Source: Owenia fusiformis (taxonomy: Eukaryota). Taken from it: a stretch of 64,000 nt of DNA. The stretch lies in assembly GCA_903813345.2 (NCBI GenBank), contig CAIIXF020000001.1, positions 7,998,001-8,062,000 of the forward strand. The letters are read 5' to 3'. A model generated the notes under the pieces. That model made no database searches. It saw only the letters and a program-made list of their open reading frames with translations, and had not been told where the DNA came from. Shown here piece by piece: positions 1 to 12,205 of the stretch. Both the position numbers and the translations under genes were made by a program. Within the stretch, counting starts at the first letter, position 1. Every line of letters starts with the position of its first letter.

Positions 1-453
1 TTATTTAGTTTTCTATCCGACATTGAACTTTTGATGCCTCACCTTATAGTTTTCACATACCAAATTATGAACAAAATCAATCCCTTAATACTTTTAAAGT
101 TACAGCAAAAATCGTAAAATAGCGTGTAAAGGTTGCCATTTTTTAAGATGGGTACCATGTGCTTCTTCGTTATCTATATTTCTAGCTTTATTAATGTTCC
201 ATACAATGTTTTACATTTAAAACATATTGCTATTACAGTTTTACATATCGTACCTAAATTACTGTAAAATTGGCACTAAAATGGCCCCCATTTTTAAATA
301 AGTGGCCATTTTGAAAATCGGCTTTCGAGCAGAACTTCTTCCCTCATAGGGTATACGTGTACAAAATATGAACAAAATCTTGCCAATGGTATTTGAGTTA
401 TTGCCCGGATGGAGGCGTTTCCTATATCCCTCAGAACTTCGTTCGATGGGATA
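1..453 (-). mobile_element. Helentron-associated (HINE/DINE-1/pearl-like) element, partial, runs off the left edge
   Basis: Ends in cctatatccctcagaacttcgttcgatgggat, the reverse complement of the left terminus of the copy at 55644; shares the aaaatggcc...ccatttt body. Confidence 0.75.
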
Positions 454-1703
454 ACAAGTCCACAGCTTATTACCTTGAACATCTGTGGTTAAAAAAATGT
501 TCAATTTCATTAGTTTCCTGGACCACCTGTACTCGTTAACAGAGACATACCTTATTACATCCTTATATCAACCTGTTTGAAATTATGTAAAAACATAAAT
601 ATTGTATAACCCACTAACATTTGCTTTTTATACAAATAAAGAGACGGCAAAACTAGTTAAAGCCTGTTATGTTTTTTAAGAAAATGATAAAACAGAATGG
701 GTTTCAGTTTACACTGAACCAACGCGATGGGTGAAATTCCACAAACTTCTTAAGCAAAAACGCAGCGACATTCATAACCTCGATGGCGTTGTTATACTTT
801 TAATAGATTTTCTGAGGTAAGTGTAAATTTAATTTTTTGTGATAATATAGTCATGCGTTACCATATCACATGTTTCATGAACAACAAGGTACATTGAAAC
901 ATGTAAAGTTAAACACATTCAGAAGTGTAACATCTCTGTTAGTGGAAGACTTCAGAGTACCAAGACAAACTGACTTCATGTTAAATAGCCTCTATAGAAC
1001 CTCAATACCACTGAAACCTGCAAAGTGGAAAATCTCAGAAATGGAACACTTTCTAGAGCTAACCAAAGGTGTTCCACTTAGACAGGTTTCACTGTAAGTG
1101 GATTGTTGTTTAAGTTGATAGGTCTAGTGAAATATTGAAATGTCATTTTCGTATTTTGCTACAATCTATATAATTATCACAATTATCACTATAATCTGCG
1201 CTGTCTATGACAAATAATTTTGATTGGTCAACAGTGTGTATGATATAACAATTTTTTATTTTTTGGACAATATTTCTGATATAAAATAAAAAAAGTAGTC
1301 TTCATATTTTACTTCAGTATAAGACAGCATCAGATACCTATCTAAGCATATAACAGACTCCAAATTGGTGGATAAGGCAAAGGTAAGACAAATAAAATTA
1401 ATTAAAAAAAAACACAATATACAATATATATAATTTACAATAATGCCATTTTTGAATTTAAAGCAGATGACATTTAATATTAAGAGTTGTAATGGAAAAT
1501 CACTTCAATGACATTGTTAAACCAAATTCAAAAAATGATTAAACTTAAAAGGTGAAAGTTTAATTGTTGTTTTATTTTCAAACAACAGGCCTATTTAAAA
1601 GTATTTCTTGGTAAAGTGCCTAATAGCTTAGACTGTATGAAACTTACTTACTTTTTTGTTTCCTTTGGCAGACTTTGGCATAGTTTGAGTAATAATTCTC
1701 AAG

Positions 1704-2297
1704 ATGCGCCCTGTAAAAGATAATAGGGACTACAGAATGGCTGTCTTTGGAGCAAGTAACGTTGGCAAAAGTTCGCTTCTTCTTCGCTTTATTGAAGGCA
1801 GATTCCGGGAAACGTACATTCCAACGATCGAAGACGTGTATCGTAAAACAATTTGCTGCAATGAAGGAGGTTGCTCAATGTTAATAACAGATACAACAGG
1901 CGCGTATCAATTTCCTGCTATGCAAAGACTCTGGATGACAAAAGGACATGCCTTCATATTTGTTTTCTCCGTCATTAGAAAACAATCATTAGAAGAGCTT
2001 GTACCAATTTACGAAGAACTTTGTGAAATCAAAGACAATCTTAGTGAAGTGCCCATAATTCTAGTGGGGAATAAATCTGATAAAGACTGTCGAGAAATTT
2101 CTGAAGAGGAGGGTTTAGAAATGGCAAAAAAATGGAACTGTGCCTATTTAGAAACCTCTGCCAAGAACAATCATAATGTTACAGAAATTTTTCAAAGAAT
2201 CTTAGATATGGAAACAAGACGTCAATTGAGTTTTACACTTAATACGCAAAAGGTAATAAAGAAAAAAGAAAAGAAAAAGAGGTGTTCAATAATGTGA
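1704..2297 (+). CDS. DIRAS: Di-Ras-like small GTPase (197 aa)
   Basis: G1 GASNVGKS, effector YIPTIED, G3 DTTG followed by the Di-Ras-typical QFPAMQRL..KGHAF, G4 NKSD, G5 ETSAK, polybasic tail and CAAX (CSIM). Acceptor tttcctttggcag at 1671, candidate 5'UTR donor gag|gtaagt at 816/817, AATAAA near 2522. Confidence 0.92.
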   Translation: MRPVKDNRDYRMAVFGASNVGKSSLLLRFIEGRFRETYIPTIEDVYRKTICCNEGGCSMLITDTTGAYQFPAMQRLWMTKGHAFIFVFSVIRKQSLEELVPIYEELCEIKDNLSEVPIILVGNKSDKDCREISEEEGLEMAKKWNCAYLETSAKNNHNVTEIFQRILDMETRRQLSFTLNTQKVIKKKEKKKRCSIM

Positions 2298-3983
2298 AGA
2301 ATACATGATTTAATTGAAAGACTTCATTAAAATCTTTTCAAATAATTCATATAGTAGTATTATTGACCACAACAACTATTTGAAAAAAAATTAAATTCAT
2401 GAGCAGGATTGAGTTTGTAATAGTATTGTTGTTATTTAAAAAGCTACTGTAAGATTAATAGAAAACTAAAGCACATATATTATGTTTATTTTTCTACAAA
2501 AATGATTATATAATGCAATGTAATAAAATATAAATAAGATTACTATGTAACAGAGAAATAATTACAAATACATATGTCTGACATAATAGTCAAAAAAATT
2601 ATAAAACATTTGTTCTATTTATGTACTATGCATTGATCTATTATACTAGATAAAAATTTACAAAGAAAACTGCCCTACCCTTTATTTTCCAAAACATGCT
2701 TTAATGTGTAGAAGTATGTGGAAGGGGGTGGAGTAATCTGAAAATATAATTTGTATATTCTATTTGATAAGAAGATCTGCAAATATACAACAAGGCATTA
2801 AAATGACAAAATGTCACCACCTAGTTGCTCACAATATCATGAGCTCAATCTAAAGTCAGATTTGAACTTCTGAGAACTTGTAGATGATTTTAAAAATCGG
2901 TCATTTTGAGGTAGGGCTGTCAAGGACCGGAATAAATGTCTGAACCGTCCAATTTTACCTTCGGAAACAGACTTTCGGAACTGCTTTCTCATATTCCGAA
3001 TTTTTCGGAACTATCTGTTTTCCCTATAGAACACACATCAAATTGCTAGAGCGAATTGAATTAAAATATATGTTATTAAGAGTTGTTTTATATGCGAAAA
3101 ATAACCTCAATAACTGATTCATAATTGTTTTTATATATTTCATACCGTATAAATGTTTAGCTAACGCTGAAAATATCTTAATGTATGATGATTTTGTTTT
3201 GTACAAATTTGACATTCACAAAAACATTACGGCAGGCGATAATAATTTGAGTATGAAATTATGAGAAAGAAGTCGTGGTTATGGCATTCGCCTAGTACAC
3301 CCACGGCGCAGGTTTGATTCCATGTTGGTACAATTCTTTTCATTATGAAAAATATATAAGAATATGATTGATCGATTTGGCTTTTGATTCTGTTCAGACT
3401 GTTCTTATTTTGTTTATCTATCTATATAGCAAATAGTCTGACTGTTGGTTGTTCTGTTGATTATTAATATTGACAATAATACACATTGGTCTCAAGATAT
3501 ATCAAAGGTATCTAAAATACTATATAAGCAATTATAATTGGACATCATTGATTGTCTGGGGGGTCCACCTATGATATAATATATCTTTATTAGTCACTTA
3601 AACAGACCAAATTGAGTTTTTTTTCAATTATTTTATTTAGCCTAGGGTTTACAGTTTACACTATAATATCCCCTAGGCTAGGGGTCTACATAGAAAATTT
3701 TAGAACTTTCTGTATGGTTATATGGCAACGATGTTTCACTATGCAGTGATCTCCCCAGGATTTTTTTTTCAAGTCCGGATCTTTTAACAAGCTCACTTTG
3801 TGTCAGGGTATATCAATTTTCAAAGGTTGCTTCAACAAGATCAATAACTCTTTTATAAACATTTCGGTTGTCACTCACTTACTTAATTACTCACTTACTT
3901 ATTTTTGACATAATATCGTCCAGTTTATTCATTTTGGCAAAACCACACCCCCTCGAAGAAAAGTGTCTGTCAGGCATGCATGG

Positions 3984-4285
3984 CTATAGTCATGGAACAA
4001 GATAAGCAATTCAACTTAGGACTGTAGTCATGGAACAAGATAAGCAGTTCTACTTAGGACTGTAGTCATGGAACAAGATAAGCAATTCTACTTAGGACTG
4101 TAGTCATGGAACAAGATAAGCAGTTCTACTTACGACTGTAGTCATGGAACAAGATAAGCAATTCTACTTACGACTGTAGTCATGGAACAAGATAAGCAAT
4201 TCTACTTACGACTATAGTCATGGAACAAGATAAGCAATTCTACTTAGGACTATAGTCATGGAACAAGATAGGCAATTCCACTTAC
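3984..4285. repeat. Minisatellite, 38-bp unit, about 8 copies
   Basis: catggaacaag recurs at 3991, 4029, 4067, 4105, 4143, 4181, 4219 and 4257 with no unique spacers. Confidence 0.95.
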
Positions 4286-5009
4286 CAAATGAAATATAAT
4301 TTTAATTTTGGCATGTTTGTTTTGAGACCCTAGGGGTCAGACCCCTTTTCCCCATTTCTGGTAACATCTTTCATTAAGTTTACTAAAACATACATAACTT
4401 AAGTATTGGCTTAATCTGCACAGATTTGTTTAATAAGACACCTCGGAAATGTGAATGATTCAATTTGTGAAATTTTCTCCAAAGTAAGTTTCAAGTAACA
4501 TAGGTTACAAAATGTTACAAACTGTAACAAGAAATTAAATTATATCCAATTATGACAAATTGGTACTTAGTACTATAATCAATCTTATTTTCTAAATGTT
4601 TGAATTTCTTCATAAATGAGACATGCCACTATAAAGCATATTACAACAGAATAATATTGACACCTTTTGTGACATGTTTTTAGACCCCTGTAAGAAGTTC
4701 CTGAAAGATCCTCGGAGTCACCAACCTTTTTCGTGAATTTCTGGTAATACTGTGCCCTGTTCACAAAAAGTTAGCTGTATTCTGCACCAAATATGTTTCA
4801 TTTTACACCTTAGCCATGTATCTTAACACAATGTAAGTCAGAATTTAACATTATTTTCAACAAAGTAAAATTATTGCTCTGAAATTCAGAGGGAGGTCTC
4901 GGAGTGGGATATATGACTTTCTATGGAATATATACAGTAAAACCTGTATATAATGTAGACACAAAACATGTTCACTATAGGCTGGTAGATGTACACTACA
5001 GGGAGTGGA

Positions 5010-5723
5010 ACTAGACAACAGCAACGCCAAAGCGTATCAAATCCCATCGAACAGCCATGGCTGGCATTTTTACAAACAAAGTATATAGCAAAAATGGCAG
5101 CCATTTTTTAAAATGGCCACCTTCTAACAAAAGTGTCATTAGACAGTGTGCCATGCTTTTAGTATTCACATACCAAATATCGCTTCTCTACTTTTCGAGT
5201 AATAGTAAAATACGTTAGAATGGTGGCCATTTTTCAAAATGGCCTCCTTCTACCAAAATGTCATTAGACAGTGTGCCATGCTTATAGTATTCACATACCA
5301 AATATGAACAAAATCGCTCCACTACTTTTTGAGTTGCAGCAAAAATCATAAAATAACTAGTAAAGGTTTTAGCTTTATTAATGTCCTATATAATTTCTTT
5401 TACATTTAGAACATATTGCTTTTACAGTTTAACTTATTGCACCTAAATTACTGTAAAATCGGCACTAAAATGGCTGCCATTTTTAAATGAGCAGCCATTT
5501 TGAAAATCAGCTTTCGAGCAGAACTTCTACCCCCATAGGGCAAACGTGTACAAAATATGAACAAAATTGGGCCACAGTACACTTGTATATATACGAATAC
5601 GGACGGACGGACGGACGGACGGACGGACGGACGGACGGAAGGAAGGATGGACGGAAGGACGGACAGACGGACGGACGGACGGAGGCGCTCCCTATATCCC
5701 TTCGAACTTTGTTCGATGGGATA
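5010..5723 (-). mobile_element. HINE/Helentron-type non-autonomous element
   Basis: Subterminal inverted motif tcccatcgaac...gttcgatggga, (GGAC)n microsatellite at about 5598-5683, about 2 core repeats, 3' GC hairpin gcaacgccaaagcgt. Confidence 0.85.
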
Positions 5724-7635
5724 TTAATTAATACAGCAACCAATGCAAAAATGTGTCTTGTGTTCACTAGGGAAGGCCTAAATATTAAATTTAGATGTTC
5801 TAGAGAGGTGTTCACTAAGACAGGTTTTACTGTATATGGGATGTAGGGGTTAAATCAAGACTACAGTACATACCTTTGGTGGATTTGATCTTCCATAGTA
5901 TATTGCCATGATATTCTTTATGTCTGAAATGCAACAAAGACAAAATGAATCCAACAATTACCACGTATAAGACAAAATACATATAGCTGATGAATTGTAA
6001 CTATCACTTTCGTTTTGAAAATGAAATGCCCGCAATTTTTTGCAAACTCTGATTTCTTAAATTCAACATCTGATTGCTATAAAACATTGAAGCATTCTGA
6101 TAGAACACCATTTAGTTTACAACACAGGGTTCTCACCAGGAATTTTTTAGACACCGGATTTTTTCGCGGTATCCTACTTTTCAAAATACTACTACGATTA
6201 TCTTCCTATTTAATTACAATATACATTTCTAAAAGGTTTCTGACTTCCTATTCCTTGTTTGTATCCAGTTTAATGTATTTTCTCAAAAGTTTTACTTTAA
6301 ATAATGTGATGAAAATGCAAAATTAGACTCCGAAAAAACACCTTAGACTCCAGAAAAGCTATTAGACTCTGGATCAAGAGGGTCTAAAGACATAAGACTC
6401 CAGAGATTCTCCGGAGTCTAAAAGCCTAGTGAGACAACATGTGCTTAGTTTTATAAATGACTAATTCAATTGAGCGAAATATATAAGCAATAAGTTGATT
6501 CACATATGGAGAGTAATATGGCGGTCCAGTAGAGGCCGTTTTGTCATAGCAAACACTAAAAGTTCAAATTTATTCCTGGGAAAATATTATAATTTTCTAA
6601 ATGGTTTGATAGGATTTGAGGGAATTTCTTTTAAAACACTTATGTTTATGGATACTGATGTCATGTATTTTGTCTTATCAATTGGTATGACGTCATATTA
6701 AAATAATATTGGCCATGATGAAGAAATGAAATGGCAAACACTTGGCAGTTCTGAGCTGAAATGATTATCGCTTCTATTATGCAATCTATGGGTCAGATTC
6801 TGATTTTTACCATATATGTCGATTTGACTAGATCATGAGTATATCTTTATATGTGTGAAGTTTTCGAAACAAATGCGTGACATTAACATATATTTCGAAC
6901 CAAATGCGTGACATTGTAGGATTTGCGTGAAAAGTCCAAACGTAATGCGTTCGCTTTCTCGGTGTTCGTATTTTTACCGTATCGGAGATTTATAAAAATC
7001 AGATTTTTAAACATCAACATAATGCGTGATTTGCGTGACACTTCATCGTGCACGCAAAATTGATGAGTGATTTCAATTTTTTCAGCTAATGCGTGATGAT
7101 CACACCTAATGCGTGAGGGTTGACAGGGCAGCACTACGCTCGCTCTCAAAAAAGCATAGATAACAACAGTGATGTAGATGGAGATCACTGCTCAAAACCT
7201 CGATGAAAGTATATTTATCATAATTCTGTTATCATAATTCTATTCATTATTAGCAATAAATCAAATGTAAATTAATGAAAGAATTAACAGAAGTAAAGTT
7301 CTATATTGTTGGTACAAGGCCAGAATATAGAGACGGCATTGGGAGAAGGTAGCCACCGTTACTGGGTCTTTGTTTACGAGAAATCAGCAACTCCACAGAG
7401 TAGCAAATCCCAACAAACACTATATCCATGACACTGTACTGTATATGGCACAATGTAATATTTACCATCGACTTCACTCTTGATTAAATATTGGCAGATA
7501 AAACGATTATAAGACATACATTAGGGATCTATCAGAATTTCTAATTTAAATTCCTTAAATTTGAGTCTAATATGGTAGTTTAGAAAATACATCACCAAGA
7601 AAATGCATTTTCTAAAATTTTGGGGCTCCCAGAGG

Positions 7636-8342
7636 GTAAATTTAAATTATGAATTTTACTTTTAGATTTTTATGAAACAAATTGCCTACATCATTATGTA
7701 TGTTGTAATATTATACATTAATTAATAATTAATTTGTATGTTGTAATATTATACATTAATTAATAATCAAATTTGCAAAGGGTTAATTTTATTCTCACCT
7801 GTCTCAACAAAACAGGAATATCCCAGAATTCATACAGTCATACTTCTCTTATGTAAACTATATCATTGATTGGCCAAGGGTTCATCTATAATCCTGGGAA
7901 ATGACCTCTTCTGGACGAAAAGCGTGGGAACATCTGATATGACCAGATATCAGATGTAAATTTAAATTATGAATTTTACTTTTAGATTTTTATGAAACAA
8001 ATTGCCTACATCATTATGTATGTTGTAATATTATACATTAATTAATAAGAGGTACTAAAGTATTACTACTACACATTTAATTTTTAAATGTTATTATCGA
8101 ATTCAAATATAAATCAACTATTTTAACTGAGCCAAGTATTGGATGATTGGAGGCAGTATTGATCAAATTTGCAAAGGGTTAATTTTATTCTCACCTGTCT
8201 CAACAAAACAGGAATATCCCAGAATTCATACAGTCATACTTCTCTTATGTAAACTATATCATTGATTGGCCAAGGGTTCATCTATAATCCTGGGAAATGA
8301 CCTCTTCTGGACGAAAAGCGTGGGAACATCTGATATGACCAG
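7636..8342. repeat. Local tandem duplication with an internal deletion in the first copy
   Basis: Blocks 7636-7728/7956-8048 and 7767-7946/8163-8342 are near-identical. Confidence 0.9.
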
Positions 8343-8696
8343 TTCCCATAACAGTGTGTCACCTCACTGTATGTACAGTGATCGCCTACTATTAAAAGTG
8401 CGTGATCAAAGACTCGACAAGATGCGGAAAATTCGATCGAAATGTCGGAGGAAAGGTATGTTTGTTTCTCTTTTCTTTACCACCTTAATGACATTTTACC
8501 TACAGATGGTATTCCATATGCTGTATAAGAGACTCAAGATTCATTTGGTAACAGGATTCGGTGATTGGTTCAACCGAAATACCTGAACTGAGTTAATAAA
8601 TGAAGCAAAATCAAAAAACCCGCCGAATGAAAATGTATATTTCACCAAATTTTCTGTTTTTAGATTACCAAAACCACAAAACCAACATGCTTATGG

Positions 8697-9170
8697 CAGG
8701 CCTGTCAACTTGGGAACACCTAACATGAGTGACTTGGAAATGTTGAACACCTCCCCTCAAAATGTGGACACCTTGGTCCAAATCTGAACACCTTGATCCA
8801 AATTTTGAACACCTTGGTTTAAATTTCATTACATCTTGCCAAATTTTGAACACCTCAAATTTTTCGCGCTCGGGGGGGGGGGGGGGGGGGGGGTAGGTAC
8901 CAAAAATTTCGAACGGAATGCGTGACATATACGTAATTCGCGTGAAAAGTTCGAACGAAATGCGTACATTTTTTTTCCGGCGTTCGTATTTTTGCTGTGT
9001 AGACGATCTTTTTTAGAAATTTTTCTACAGAAATATTTTTGCTTGACAATTACCAGGTAAAATGCGTATTTGCGTGACATTTTCTGTCACGCAAAAATAA
9101 CTGGTGTGACTTCAAATTCTTCAGCAAATGCGTGACAAATACGCAAATTGCGGGACAGTTGACAGACCTG
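8697..9170. mobile_element. hAT-like MITE with 6-bp TSD
   Basis: TIR caggcctgtcaact...agttgacagacctg; TTATGG at 8691-8696 and 9171-9176. Confidence 0.85.
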
Positions 9171-9554
9171 TTATGGTTAATATACATAATACTTAACATT
9201 ACATGCATATCAGACGTTCCAACTCCCCTTCAGTATCGAGTAAGAAGGATGTTATGAAAACAATTTATGATCAGCCAAGTGGGTGATTTTACCATGTGGA
9301 TTCTAATGATATGTTCTTTGCATTTCAGAGTGGTTGGGTTTACATGATTTTACTGTCCTTCATTACGAACTCCTAAATTTCAAATCATTATAAACCACCT
9401 TGTAGAACATCATGAAGAAGAAGAGATGAAGATGAGAAAGATTACTGAAAATAGAGGCAAATCTAGAATGATAACAAGAAATTTCTCTGGAATAATACCA
9501 AATGAAGTGAAATCAATAAATAAACACATACTTGTAGAAAGTGATGAATTCATG

Positions 9555-12205
9555 GGGGTCAACCCAGTTGTCCGAAACCCAGTTCTCCGAAACCCAGTTG
9601 TCCGAAACCCAGTTCTCCGAAACCCAGTTGTCCGAAACCCAGTTCTCCGAAACCCAGTTCTCCGAAAATTAAAAAATTAAATGTCTTAGTAACGAATCTT
9701 GTCGCAACCTCGCGAATCAGGACAGCATAACATTGGTATCACGTTGACATCGGTCCGAAAGTTCACGATCATATATATATTCTTACTAGATTCTCGGCAC
9801 ATAGACTTATATGGACATTCTACAAATTTTGAACCGCATTGTCCAGCACGAATCGCACTCCTTCTTGGTGAAAATTCAAGACTGCCGCCAACATTTTAGA
9901 CAATTATCACAGTCGAAGAGAATATTCTGGCGAAAGGAATATCTATCTCATTAAAATAACGTATGGACGTCCGTGACAATTATATATATTCATTTGATAA
10001 TTTTTTTCATTCCCTTTTCTCAATAAAATATGGTTAATTATGTTTTCCAATATCAATTGATAATATTTCTACCTTGAAAAATATCTAAAAATAAAAGAAG
10101 ATTTTGGTTGTTCAGTACCACCCATTGTTAAGATTTCGTCCAAATTTTCGATAAATCAATAAAATATGCTCATTTCGTATAACTTATATATGTGGCATAT
10201 ATAGGCTTATATATCAGATGTCTATCCTTTTTTCATCATAATATAAGAGGTTTGTATGTTTTAGTAGAAACGTATTCCTTTCCAAACATTTAGATTTAAG
10301 AGTTTCTCCCATTGGTGATATTGTTCAAAATCAAAACTGTGTTTTGCGATATATTGAACTGTTGAAGTAAGCGTGTAATAGTTTGTAGTAGAGCCAAGAT
10401 TTGATCTGTATCATCATCATGTACGTACCCTGCATAAAAAAAATTCGTTTTTAGTGTGCCATAGATGTCAACCATTAACTATTGCAGAATCAAAAAAAGT
10501 TTTGTGAAAAATTAGGATAATGTTTCAAAATTATACACCGGACAATAAATAACTATACTCAATGCAGACAGGGAGTTTTAATTGCCCAAAAACTGAGTAT
10601 CAAAATGCATTTGTATCTCTTTAGTATCTTGCATGACTCGTTCTACCTCGTTCCCAATACATTCTGAGACAGTTCAACCTTTGCCCCACGTCCTGTTCGT
10701 CGTTAGTACGTTGTCACTTGATATAACTGCCACGCGGTCCTAACTTCGACCGTTAATTTGAATTTTTGACCTACCGGATATTTGAAAATCAAGGATTAGG
10801 TTACGAGTCTCATACTGCACCATTTTCTTCAAACTTGTTCCATTCAAAGCATGACAAAAATCTCTTTCTGATGGTACGTTATTATCTTAAACAGAGTTCC
10901 TACTTCCAGCGTAATTTTGGTCCCCAGCTGTAAGAACGCCTTCTAACAGCAGGGGAGTGGGGACCAAAATGCTGCTAGAACGAGAGACTCTTTACAATAA
11001 AGTAATGCACTGACAGAAGTGCAATTTTGTTTTGCTTTTAATGGTATAATGGAAGAAAAACGGTGCAGTATCAGACTCGCAATCCTTGATTTTCAAGCAT
11101 CTGGTAGGTCAAAAATTCCAATTAACGGTCGAAGACCGCGTGATTGCAGAAAGTGATGACCACGATTCCTCCATGGGCTAGTATTTAGCCTAATAAAAAC
11201 TGTCGAAAGATGAAAATACAGGTGATACAGATCTTCAAATAAACAAAGTTAAATTATGCTATTCTCATTGCAAAGTGGCGTTTACATATTAACATACATA
11301 GGGGTCTACAATTTTTAAACCAATTTTCTTTATGCCCCATGGGACTTTTTGAGAGGGAACAACATTTTTCCAATGTGTGATGGGCGTTCATAAAAGGGAA
11401 ATAGTTTTCCCAAGCCAGTGGACATTTATTTAGTAAAGTTGACGTGTACATCTTTTGAAACCAAAAATTATTCTTCATTTAGGTACTCTGTTCGAGAAAT
11501 AGAGATTAAATTCAAAAAGATGAAGTGAGTACATGGCGAAAATGAAACTTCTTGCGAATGGGAGAACATCCAATTTGATACGAGGACAGCCTGTCTTCGT
11601 TTCCAGTTAATCCCAAGTGATTACGTTTAGAATGTTTTGTTCTTTTACATTTTACGATTTGATAAGAGACAGAGACTAAGAAATTAAATGCGACGAAACA
11701 TTTTGACAACGTAATATGTGTACTGTTAATTCTTAAAGTTTTATGCGTTAACTTATTTTATCGGTTTCAAAATGTTTCATTTTATTTTGCCTATATAAAA
11801 TATATTGAATAAGATAAGATCAACTGTTCCGTAATATATATTGTGTTTTGATGACCTTTTTTAGAATCACAATGTAAAATAAATCCCCCGTTCCTGTCAT
11901 TCCGGTAACGCCGTGTAATGGATGCAATTCAAAGTGAGAGAGAGATCTATACATCAGAATGCGTCCATGCCATTAATTTTGCCAAATACATGACATGAAA
12001 CTGGCTTGAGGTGCATCCCCCTTTATCTGGTAAATTATGACTAAATTTTTCGGACAACTGGGTTTCGGACAACTGGGTTTCGGAGAACTGGGTTTCGGAA
12101 AAATGGGTTTCGGACAACTGGGTTTCGGAGAACTGGGTTTCGGACAACTGGGTTTCGGACAACTGGGTTTCGGAGAACTGGGTTTCGGACAACTGGGGTG
12201 CACCC
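9555..12205. mobile_element. MULE/Foldback-like non-autonomous element with subterminal 15-bp tandem repeats
   Basis: 9-bp TSD GAATTCATG (9546-9554, 12206-12214); inverted arrays of cccagtt(g/c)tccgaaa at both ends; GGG...CCC termini. Confidence 0.9.
10731..11142. mobile_element. Palindromic MITE with CAC...GTG ends (Transib-like)
   Basis: Near whole-length imperfect inverted repeat; flanks actgc/attgc (5 bp, 1 mismatch). Confidence 0.75.

Noticed and set aside
3984-4285. CRISPR-like regular 38-bp repeats
   Set aside because: The units are head-to-tail with no unique spacers, there are no cas genes, and the context is eukaryotic; this is a minisatellite.
5487-5846. GRTD/SVRP-repeat ORFs (also 55600-55884)
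   Set aside because: These are translations of the HINE (GTCC)n microsatellite.
3745-7190. cagtgatctcc...ggagatcactg as the ends of one 3.4-kb element
   Set aside because: Only about 11 bp match and there is no TSD; these may be independent fragments.
9345-9356. TGA-x-x-Cys as a selenocysteine UxxC motif
   Set aside because: It sits at the first Cys of a C2H2-like finger in a gene already disrupted by an insertion, and I recognise no SECIS; a nonsense mutation is simpler.
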